From Octopus vulgaris (Eukaryota), in the NCBI GenBank assembly GCA_951406725.2, contig OX597817.1:133920001-133984000 (forward strand): DNA of 64,000 nt. The letters run 5' to 3'. Under the pieces are notes generated by a model, which searched no databases, had not been told where the DNA came from, and saw only the letters and a program-made list of their open reading frames with translations. Numbering within the stretch: position 1 is the stretch's first letter; every line of letters begins with the position of its first letter. Positions 52,890 to 64,000 of the stretch are shown piece by piece. Made by a program: the position numbers and the translations under genes.

Positions 52890-53806
52890 TAGGAATTGGA
52901 CAAAATAATGGAAACATCTAGCATCATAGCATCGCAATTTTGAAATTACTGTAGACCGCCTCCAGAACCCAGTTTTCACAAAAACTGTTCGCCGGGAGCT
53001 GCACGGATTTCACGGCAGGGCAGCAATCAGAAAACCACTACTTCAAAAACAAACGTTGCAAAGCGTTTAGAGTGGAGTAAAAACCTACACAATTGGTCCT
53101 TAGAGCAGTAGAAGAATGTTATTTTCTCGGACGAGTCATCCTTTACCTTATTTCCGACCACCGGCCGAGTTTAGGTGTGGAGTTAGCGAAAAGACGAATT
53201 TGACCAAGACTGCCTTCTTCCACCTGTTAAACATAAAGGAGGATCTGTGATGATGTGGGCGGGGTGGGGGGCTATATCTTGGAAATCCGTCTGCTCAATA
53301 GTTTCCCTTCATGGCACAATTAATAGTCAATGGCCATCCAATAAATAACTTAAGGCTGTATCATGCATTTTATTTAAGCATTTTATCTGATCAGATTCAT
53401 CCTATGGTTGCGGAACTGTTTCCGGAGGGAATCACAATCTTTCAGGATGATAATGCACCAATTCACACAGCTAAAGTTGTTACTGAATGGCACGAGGAAC
53501 ATTCTAGTGAAGTTGAATTTCTTATCTGGTCACCAAAGTCTCCAGATCTCAATATTATTAAATATTCATGGTGCATTTTAGAAAAACAAGTAAGGAGTTG
53601 ATATCCTCCACCATCATCACTACAAGAACTGGAGATTGTATTAGCTAAAGAATGGACAAAAATTCCTTTGAAAACAATTCAAACTTTGTACGACTCCATA
53701 CCGCGTAGAATTCAAGATGTACTTACTGCCAAAGGCGGTCGGTCCTACCCCATATTAAAATTAATTTGTTTAAAATTTTAAGGTGTTTTCATTATTTTGT
53801 CCAACC

Positions 53807-53809
<3 letters not shown>
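52890..53809 (+). mobile_element. Internally deleted Tc1-family DNA transposon (DD34E remnant) in (TA)n
   Basis: TIRs aggaattggacaaaataatggaaacatct / aggtgttttcattattttgtccaacccct; VIFSDES, IFQDDNAPIH and SPDLNII motifs. Confidence 0.9.
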
Positions 53810-53885
<76 letters not shown>

Positions 53886-53916
53886 GACAGAGAGAGATAG
53901 ATAGATGGATAGATAG

Positions 53917-53947
<31 letters not shown>

Positions 53948-53954
53948 GATAGAC

Positions 53955-53991
<37 letters not shown>

Positions 53992-55192
53992 TATAGATAG
54001 ACAGACAGGGATATGCATGGATATAGAGATAAGTGGCAACTATCAGTGTTACTAATGGCATATAAACGCCTAGAATGCACTTCTCTCCTCCCAACATTAT
54101 ATCTTCCGTTTTCTCTTTTTCTTTGTCGCACTCCACTTCTCTTTGTCACTCACATTTTATATCTTTCTTCTTCTTCTTGTTCTTCTTCTTGTTATTGTTG
54201 TTGTTGTTCTTCTTCTTCTTCTTCTTCTTTCACTTCATCTTTTTTTTCTTTGAATTCTTTGAATTCTTTGAATTGTTCTTTGAATTCTTAATTTTTAAAA
54301 CTATATTTCTCTTTGCAATTATTATGACTATTACCGTCTACATATGCGATTGATTCTATTAAGTTGTTGTTTTGTCATCTTTTATTCGGTTTTTCTTTTT
54401 TAATATTTATATCATTCTACGCCAGCGGCCAAAAAGATTCCATTAATTTTGAAAAGTTATGACCCCCACCGCGTGCAATCAGCATGATATATTACTTTGG
54501 TGAGTTACTAAATTATTATCTCTGCAACATTAATAAACTATTGTATTGTAACAAAAGTAGACTTCTGTCTGATTATGGGTTACGTGAAACTCTAAGTAAA
54601 AATTTGCGTAATTTTCTCATCGTCATTAAACATAATATTTTATTTCTACATTTGATATTTAAATACTTTCTTCTCTCACTTATTTTGCATCTAAGTGCTA
54701 GTATGTATGTATGTATGTATATATAAATATAAAAATAGAACAAAAACGTAATAGAGGGCATTAAAACGTTCGGACAGATAGATGATACAATGGTGGACAA
54801 GAGAAACAACCATTAGAAGGACAGGTAAAAAAAAAGACGGGTCATTCTTGGCTTTCTTTCCTCAGTCAAGTTCCAAAAGTCACGACCATTTCGGGCAGTT
54901 ACACTTGAGATGGTTCGATCTGGTTTTCCCCCAGAATGTCTAAGCTAAGAGCATTAGATCCCTTTGTAAGAAAGTTAACGAATGTTTACGGCAACAAAGA
55001 CAAAAAACAAACGAAAAACAAACAAAGAAAAAATGGAGAACATGGTACATAATTACGAATACAAACAACAAGAAATAGCAACAGGTGTCTTTCGACTGAG
55101 AACGATACAAATTGAGCTGGCATTTATAAAGTAAAAGCATAAAGGCAGGAACATAGGATATGGACACAAGAGGTTTTGGCGGTCGGCTGTCA

Positions 55193-55465
55193 GAGTAGAT
55201 TTGGTGGACGGAAGCTGAGGGAGGCCCGTCGTGTATATGTATATGTGTATGTATGTGTCTGTGTATGTTTGTGTGTCTGTGTTTCCCCACCATCGCTTGA
55301 CAACCAATGCTGGTGTATTCACGTTCCTGTGACTTAGCGGTTCGGCAAAGGAGACCGATAGAATAAGTAGTAGGCTTACAAAGAATAAGTCCTGGGGTCG
55401 ATTTCTTCGACTAAAGGCGGTGCTTCAGCATGGTCGCAGTTAAATGACTGAAACAAGTAAAAGAA
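55193..55465 (+). mobile_element. 5'-truncated SINE, family B
   Basis: Homology to 599-1010. Confidence 0.7.
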
Positions 55466-56185
55466 AAAAATATACATACACTTAATATATATGTGTGTGT
55501 GTGTGTGCATACATACATATATACACACATACACACGCGCGCACACACATACATACACGCATGCGCACACACACATACACACACAAACATAAGCATGTCC
55601 ATATGTAAGAATATTTGTCTGAGTGAGTATCTGTATGTGTGTTTATGCATATATTTGCATAAATAAACGGAGAAATTATTCAATATGTGCCCGTAATGTA
55701 TATTTATTAGTTTAAATGCTTTCCTTTCCTACGTCTGCGGTGAAATGAGTATTGTTACGTCCCATCCCGACAAGAAGAAGATGCTCTTTCATCCGATTGT
55801 CATTTGAAAGAAAATTGGAAGAATGAAGTCCGAATGCCGATGGACTGAATCGCCAGAAACGTAGAATTCGTTGCTCAATGGTTTCTATTGTTTCTTGTTT
55901 TTTTTTTCATCCTAATTAGTTATTACAATTTTATCACAAAAAGAAACGCGTTCTGTTTTTATATTTCACCGTATATACGTAGAATTAAGTGCTTTCTTTT
56001 CCTGTCCCATCACTAGTCCTTACCACACATCCTCTTCTTGTCCATGTGTTTTTTGTGTTTTTTTTGTTTGTTTATGATTCTTATCTCCCGTATATCTTTG
56101 GCTTAAGGAACTTATAAAGCGCGCTGAAACTGCTATAATCCTAAGCAAGGCAGCTGATGAGTCAATAAATTTCCCTTTTTTTTTC

Positions 56186-56505
56186 ACCCGTGCCGGTAGC
56201 TCGTATAAAGCACCATTCGAGCGTGGCCGATGCCAGTGCCGCCTGACTGGCTCCCGTGCCGGTGGCACATAAAAAGCACCATTCGAGCGTGGCCAATGCC
56301 AGTATCGCCTGACCTGCACTCGTGCCGGTGGCACATAAAAAGCACCCACTACACTCTCGGAGTGGTTGGCGTTAGGAAGGACATCTAACTGTAGAAACAT
56401 GACCAGATCGGATTGGAGCCTGGTGCAGCCTTATGGTTCGCCAGCCCTCGGTCAAACCGTCCAGCCCATGCCAGCATGGAAAGCGGATATTAAACGACAT
56501 GATGA
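56186..56505 (+). mobile_element. SINE-like element with ~62-bp internal tandem repeats and (GAT)n-type tail
   Basis: Repeated cgtgccggtggcacataaaaagcaccattcgagcgtggcc; tail ccatgccagcatggaaagcgga...gatgat. Confidence 0.7.
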
Positions 56506-56805
56506 TAAAGATTTTCATTTCTAATATTTGTCTTTTGTTTTTGTTGCTATTTCTCTACCATTGCGAAGAGATATTAATATATTCACACAAACACATGTTT
56601 ATATAAACATATATCTGTAACAAACTGAGGAAAAGAAATCCTTCAAAGGGGTGTGTTAAGCATCCAATTCACTGGTACTTCAGTTGGATACCATATAAAT
56701 ATTGGTGTAATTCAATAATAAAGATAAATTAAATATAGAGATATTCTATTGATAATCCAATAATTTATTTATATTACATTACATTAAATACTGTGGATAT
56801 TATAG

Positions 56806-57157
56806 TAGGAGCACTCCGTCGGTTGCGACGATGAGGGTCCCAGCTGATACGATCAACGGAACAGCTTGCTCGTGATATTAACGTGCGAGTGGCTGAGCAC
56901 TCCACAGATACGTGTACCCTTAACGTAGTTCTCGAGGAGATTCAGCGTGACACAGAGTGTGACAAAGCTGGCCCTTTGAAATACAGGTACAGGAGAAACA
57001 GGAAGAAAGAGCGAGAGAAAGTTGTGGTGAAAGAGTACAGCAGGGTTCACCACCACCCCCTGCCGGAGCCTCGTGGAGCTTTAGGTGTTTTCGCTCAATA
57101 AACACTCACAATGCCCGGTCTGGGAATCGAAACCGCGAGTCCGCTGCCCTAACCACG
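56806..57157 (-). mobile_element. tRNA-derived SINE, family C
   Basis: Homology to 38425-38735. Confidence 0.75.
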
Positions 57158-57759
57158 TGCATATTATATATAACATAATAGTATATAAATTATTATAAAA
57201 ACCGTAAAAGGCCAACAAATTGTTTCTACTTATATATATATTCTAATATACATAATCTCAGTTCCATTGTATATAAGTCACTTCAGGGTCCTTGGTCCAG
57301 AAAGACGAAATTCCGTGTGAAAGGACGGCTGGATTGTAATATCAGTAAATGATTGGATTGTCAATAGAATATCTACATTTAATTTATCTTTAAAAATATA
57401 TCTGTATACCTGAATAGTTTTCGAAAGTTATTTATTCAGTATCAGTGTATCAAGCCGAAACGTCAACATCACTGAAGTCCACACTCATATGATATTCTTT
57501 TAATTTATTTCTATTATTCATTTTTTTTACATTTTTCCTAGTTTCATCCATTTAACTCTGGCCATGTTGCAGCATCCGGTGCTTCACTTTTATCGACCCA
57601 GGAGGGATAAGAGATAACACGGACACACACACACACACGCACAAATATGTATATGTATTTTATATCGTGCCTGTTTATGTGTATACCTGTATTTTATATA
57701 ACACACTCACATATACACATATACATACATATATACATACATAAATACATACATACCCA

Positions 57760-58180
57760 CAGTATGGTAGAAGCCATAGCCACTCATAATAAAAGGGAAT
57801 ACCGGTGGAATGTCCCAGTGAAGACCTCAATAAAATGTAAGCACAACAGACCTGATATAACTAATAGAGAAGAGAAATTGTGCACAGTTGTGGAAATTAG
57901 CTGCCCAGTGGATGTTAACATAAAGCTGAAGATCAGGGAAAAAGAGAATATCTGCGCTGAACTATTGAGAAATCTGCTGTTACTCTATCTAGATTACAAG
58001 TTCAGGTTTATGCATGTAATTATTGGGGCCCTGGGATATGTAACACACTGCCTAACTACCAATCTTGAGAAATTAGGCTTCTCAAAACCAGAAAGGAGAA
58101 GGCTAATTCGAAGACCACAGATCCAATCTAATCAGTGGAACTGTAAAAATCTGTAAAACTTTACAGAAGTTTATCATTTA
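57760..58180 (+). pseudogene. RLE endonuclease 3' fragment of another R4-like family
   Basis: WNVPVKTSIKCKHNRPDI...VVEISCPVDVNI...VIIGALG. Confidence 0.75.
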
Positions 58181-58501
58181 AATATATATGAGGATGTCTA
58201 GACATGTAACTTTATGCATGAGAATACATGCATAAAATATATAAATCTGCACATATATACATACATACATACATACATACATACATACATACATCATACA
58301 TACATACATACATACATACATACATACATACATACATACATACATACATACATCATACATACATACATACATACATACATACATACAAAAATACCCTGTT
58401 GTTGATGTTAATGTTGGCTCTAGGTTAGAAACCAGTTCTTTCTCTATTGGCAAGAAATCTTGAAATAAACTGAATAATGACATACATACATGCATACATC
58501 T

Positions 58502-58820
58502 GAGATCCCCTTCGGTCATGAATGACCATGGGATTGCACCTAGAAAGTTACCCTCGCAGGCACAAGTCCGGGCAAGGTTGTTTATGGAAGACCAGCAGTC
58601 GCCCATGCATACCGGCCTCCCATCTTCACGCCACCAGTGCTATCCAAGGGAAAGGCAAAGGGGCCGATACAGCTCGGCACCTACGACGTCGCAACTCATT
58701 TCTGCAGCTGAGTGGACAGGAGCAACGTGAAATAAAGTGTCTTGCACAAGAACACAACACGCAGTCCGCTCACAACCTCACGATCGTAAGCTCGACGGTC
58801 TAACCACTGAGCCATGCACC
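58502..58820 (-). mobile_element. tRNA-derived SINE-like element in (CATA)n
   Basis: Minus-strand head ggtgcatggctcagtggttagaccgtcgagcttacgatcgtgaggttgtgag. Confidence 0.65.
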
Positions 58821-58852
<32 letters not shown>

Positions 58853-59037
58853 GAGATTTCTGTGGCATTTACTTAGCGTGTGTATAAGTTATATAATTTG
58901 GAAGGTGGGCTTCTATAGTAGTTAAGCTATATAATGTAGAATGTTCACTTAATTAAAAACAAGCTGTTACGACTTTCATCACAGCACGTGCTTCTTATTG
59001 TTATTAAGTTCGTCATTATTATTATTATTATTATTAT

Positions 59038-59074
<37 letters not shown>

Positions 59075-59617
59075 TGCTGCTGCTGCAGTTACTATTTAAA
59101 AAAAGAGAATACTCTGTCCAAGACACATCGTTGTCGTTGTTGTTGCTGTTGTTGTCGCCGTCGCTCTCGTAGCCCGGAGATATAAAACTAAGTTATAACC
59201 GTGACAAATTAATTCACTATATTTATTAAAAGAAAATAATAGTATTGATTATTTAATTGGTTTGGTTAGTTTTTTTTTCCCCCAGAAATATGATTTCATT
59301 TCTATTTAATATGGGCCTACATGTTTATTCTATAATTTTAACCCTTTTTTATCCTAGTTTTTTTTTTTTTCTTTCGGTTTTTCTATTTCACAGTTATGCT
59401 TTCCTATGATAAAATATTTTCGTTTATTTCAAAGTTTTCCCTAATCTCACTGCTGGGATATTGACTGTGCATTTTTCCATTTCAGAAAATATAGAAATTC
59501 TGTTTGCCTATATTTCTTCTGGTGTGAATAGGATCAATTTTCCTTTCCAAGAAAACTTTATGCACCTTTGCACGAATTGCACGTATTTAGTTATACGTTC
59601 TCCCATCTTTATCTGTT

Positions 59618-59650
<33 letters not shown>

Positions 59651-59716
59651 TTGTTTGTTTGCCTGTCTATTTATTTAGTCTTTCTCAGTCTCTCTTTCTC
59701 TCTCTTTCCCTCTCTC

Positions 59717-59791
<75 letters not shown>

Positions 59792-60084
59792 AATGATAGA
59801 TATCCAGTAATTGTTTTACTAGTTTATTTTGTCTTTGTTTTCTTTCCTGGTGCTGTATCAACATTTAATGTGGTTTTAGAGTCAAGTTTTGACTGCTATT
59901 TCCTGCGTGGTGGTATCTCTTAGATACCCTAAATTGTAATTTTAAATAATCATAACCTTTGAAAGGTTTTATTCCCATGCTGGCCACCTGATAAGATCGG
60001 TATTTTAAATATTGATCTTATCGGTATTTTAAATATTGATCTTATCCTTATTTATATAAATATATTTATATATATGATAGATAG

Positions 60085-60330
60085 ATATGTTTCTTTATTA
60101 GCCACACAGGGCTGAACACAGAAGGAACAAATTAGAAAGTAAATCTTTTCTTTTTGGGGAGAAAAAAAGGGGGATAGGTTTTCGATCAAAAGGGATCGTA
60201 AAAAAAAACGATCAATAGGGATCGTGTATCACAGAAATGTCATGATGTAAAGTGTAAAGGAGAAACAGATAAATTTTATACGTGGAAAGAAAAAGCCTAC
60301 GGAAAAGACCACGGTAACCGCGGTCAATAA
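60085..60330 (-). mobile_element. LINE 3' terminal fragment (L1/Tx1-like tail ...ccctgtgtggctaataaagaaa); related tail at ~186-250
   Basis: polyA-signal-type tail shared between the two loci. Confidence 0.4.
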
Positions 60331-60924
60331 TGTCACATGTAAACACATTTATTTGCTCGTAACGTTAAATTTGAAACAAATTAATGCGGAAACCGATAGC
60401 GCAGTATGGAATCTGTATCATCCTATTGTATTCAAACGAAATCAAAATATTACTTAACAATAAAGCGAAGTCGACGTAGGCACAGTAAATAATCCAAGGC
60501 TTTCATTATTCAAAGGACCATGGAGACTACACATTGTATATGAAATTCGAAATGAAAATTTTCAATGTAATTTTGGTGTGATGAATTGATATAGTGTAAA
60601 CATTTTCACAAATTGAATAAAGGCGGTAGAAAGCAATAAGAGACAGTGAGACTGAATCAGCTTTGCAAGGAAAGAAAATGAGACTAACAGTGTGCGGGTA
60701 AAGAATAGATGTTAAATGAAATATGAAGAAAGACGTACAAAAAACGATGTAAATAAGAGTGGTGAGGAAAAAGACATTTAAAGGGCAGTAAACAAAGAAG
60801 ACATGGAAAGGATGAGAAGGGAAAACTGTTGCAAAGAAAAGGGATACAAATAGAAATAAGACGTTAAGAACCGCTTACTTTGTTGTAGGGAATTAAACTT
60901 GGGTTTGTAAAATAATAGTGTTGT

Positions 60925-61189
60925 CAGTGGCGGACTGGTCAGGTTGCCAGCTTGCCCGATGGCAAGAGGGCCAATGCGCCATTAGAATCCGTATATGGGG
61001 GCCCATGTTCGTATTTAAGTTTGAGAAATTTTTTAATTCGTTCCTGGAAGAATGAATTATTTCAGCCTGGCTGCGTTTGTAGACAGTTGAAAAGAATACT
61101 TTCAACAAAAACCCCCAACAAATATGTAGTTGCGGGTGGCCCCCCTTAGTCTCTTGGCAACCAATATTTTTAGGCGCAATCCGCCATTG
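60925..61189. mobile_element. hAT-type MITE
   Basis: TIRs cagtggcgga / tccgccattg; 8-bp TSD agtgttgt (60917-60924) / agtgtagt (61190-61197). Confidence 0.7.
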
Positions 61190-64000
61190 AGTGTAGTTAA
61201 ATTATTCAATAATAAAAGAGACTTGAAAATCAAATTTTGATAAAGAAAAATTATATTAAAATTAGAATGTTAAATTAGTTTCTAAACTGTGTCAATGAAT
61301 AAGCATCTCTCTTTATTCTTGTATAAATACTAGAAAGCTGACGTGTAAATTCCCTCTCGTCGTGGATAACTATCTGTTTTAATTGCCCATTATGAATAGC
61401 GAATATTTAAATATCAATGTTGTAACATCTATTTTGCAGGCAACAGATTTGGTGACGATGAGAAGTTACTGCAATTGAATACGGCATCGATCCTAATGAA
61501 ATCTCTCACGGCGGTAAATATTCTCGTATCATTCTTGTCGACTTTGAACCTTGCACAATAGATTCTATTCCTTCAGGTTCGATAACTCAAATTTTCAGGA
61601 CGTGGTAATTTCATGTTTAGCTAAAATGAAGCTAGTAAAAATTGATATCGTTGATGCATTTATGGATGTTGGGCGTAAAGAAACTGAAATTTGTGATTGC
61701 CATCCTGGCATCTCGCTGCCTCATTCTCTCTTTAGAGATGATGTGTAGGTCTTTAATACTTCGCGATATTTGCGAAGAATATCCTTTCAAACCGAACTCT
61801 CTGTTCGTAAGTTGTTCATCAATGTAAATCGTGACTTTCCCTCTTTCTTCCTGTCATCTTGTCGTTCTTGCAATAAATGCCATTACTGTGTGATCGATTT
61901 AATTTATTGACTCTATTTAAAAGAGGAATATTGATTTATAAAATTGGCACAAGGCCACCTTCAATTATATTAACCGCTGTACCTTACGGGTACCTTATCA
62001 ACTCCCGCTTACTTGAAGAGGAACGTAACGAGATGCCGCAGCATATTACAGGAACATGAGAGAAAATCGATGTAATTAATTTGATAGGTGTAATTAATCT
62101 TGCTAGTGGAGAAAGACGGTGTATTTTAGATGTTTGGATCATTTTAATTACTTGTACAACCTGTAAATGAGTGATATCATATTTGGGAACTATATTCAAA
62201 TTTATCTTGTAACAAGCATTATATACTGTATTACGTTACATAAGTATAGACAAATCCAACTCTATTACACATATTATGTAGCACCAAACAAATGGTATGA
62301 GATATGCAGCTTATTACTTTGGCGTATTCGTAATCATCGCAAGATGTGTTTGATGAAACGAATAAAAATTATGTGAAATAGAAGAATCTAAAAAGGAAGA
62401 CATCTACAATAATTTTTCGAAAGGATGATATGACGTTTGACAATGAAGAAATATGGGGGGAAATTTGTAGTTTTCTGGCTTTTGCTTCACTTCGTTTCGG
62501 CACAAAATATTACTTATTTCGAAGACTTCCATATTGAATGAATAATTTAAAAGATGCTTCCATACTTCAGGTCTTTCCAATTTAATTACACCGCTTTACT
62601 TCATTAACTTCAGCACATAAAATTAATTACGCTGCTTTCTTCTCATTTTACTTATATTTCATACGACCCACGGCCCACGTAAGGAGAAATATTACTGGGA
62701 TAATTTCATTATGGTAAATAATTAATTGACTTCTAAAATAGCACACACACACACACATACACACACTCACAAACACACACACACTCACTCACAAACACAC
62801 ACACAAACACACACACACTCACTCACAAACACACACACAAACACACACACACATATATAAACACATTGAAGATATATTCTTTCTGACTTCACTGATGCCT
62901 CTGCTTAATGTTATCGAATATAATATTATTTCGTTTATATGTTGTATCAATCGTAAATATTGATGATTTCCTAATTTGCACAGTATATTATGCCAAATTT
63001 TGTCCCAATAAATGTCTGTTACGATATAAAATATGGATCGACTTCACATTTTTGTTTACAATAATTAGAATTTTCGTATTCAGTTTTGGCTTCGATCGCT
63101 CATAATTACGTTAATAGCATAAATAAGTTTACTTTATTTATCTAAACTCACAAGTTGATTTACTTTTGCAGTTATCTGTTACTGTCGTTAAAGGACCCAA
63201 TAATACAACACTATCAAAATATATCAACGTTGTACGTCAACAACGAAACTTTGATATCTGCTATCGTATGTCAGAACTTCGTTCACCTTCCTATGGAAAA
63301 TGAAATTATTTAGTCACGGCTTTAATGGTTGGTCCTTACCACATGACCGCAGTTTCAAAAATAATTAAATACTGATCTATAGAAACTTACCAACAACGGT
63401 GCCTTTTCCTAGATTCCTTTTCTTCATACCAAACTTTGCACCTTTCTAGTAATTTGAGGTGGTCAATGATACAGAATCTTTTCTGATCTTCAGCGTTCAA
63501 TATTCCATTTTACAATTATGATGAGCATCTTTGACCCAGGACGCGTTCGCTTGGTTAACGCGCCGGGGAAAATGCTTAGCAGTATTTCATCTGTCTTTAT
63601 GTTCTGAGTTCAAATTCCACTGAGGTCTATTTTGCCTTTCATCCTTCAAGATCGATAAAATAGCCATCAGTTGATCACTGGGTCCGATGTAAAAGACTTA
63701 TTCCTTCGTCCGAATTTGCTGGCCTTGTGTCAAAATTGAAACTAATATCACGAACTAATTTCCTTTGTCATGGACGATCGATTTTTGTAATTTCTCTCAT
63801 CATTTTCCTGGTTCATTAAAATTTTTCTTATGTCAGTTAGAATATCATATTAAGTAGGAATGTCCAATTTTCAGTCCAGAAAGTATTTAACATCCATTAT
63901 TTTATAACAAACGGTGGTTTATTTTTTATAATTACTGAAGGTTGTAGGTATGAAATTTTCGTTCCAATTTCATCAACCCCGTTTGTTGTTGAGCTCAGTC

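Noticed and set aside
54845-54875. Minus-strand CTGAGGA aa GAAA
   Set aside because: No stem II and no cleavage triplet with stem I
56150-56185. CTGATGAGTC core-like string
   Set aside because: No closing stem II or GAAA; interrupted by a SINE
57405-57475. CTGAATA...GAAACGTC possible ribozyme
   Set aside because: G8 missing and stems not supportable
61440-61511. Plus-strand exon candidate (ttttgcAG...GTAAAT)
   Set aside because: Isolated, with no partner exons or recognisable peptide

Overview
AT-rich, microsatellite-dense eukaryotic DNA. The SINE families and repeat landscape suggest an octopus (coleoid cephalopod); this is inference. Most ORFs in the supplied track are microsatellite artefacts. 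Supported content: (1) the 3' exons of a minus-strand host gene of unknown family (4829-6301, probably also 29635-30136), so much of the window is intronic; (2) a cluster of R4/Dong-type RLE retrotransposons in (TAA)n tracts at 15-22.7 kb, plus remnants of L1/Tx1, CR1/L2, RTE, Penelope (GIY-YIG), Tc1 and a hAT-type MITE; (3) many tRNA-derived SINEs. The most notable signal is at RNA level. There are at least 10 intact-looking type I hammerhead ribozyme motifs from five unrelated sequence families, plus several decayed ones, almost all in short elements anchored in (TA)n tracts. They include two near-identical arrays of a 362-bp retrozyme-like unit with a U3:A8 core, arranged head-to-head, with one inversion junction 1 nt from the predicted cleavage site. 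They also include a ~2-kb element with ~78-bp terminal direct repeats, a decayed gag/ORF1-like zinc-knuckle gene, a canonical hammerhead and no reverse transcriptase. All folds were read by eye; no database search or folding computation was run.
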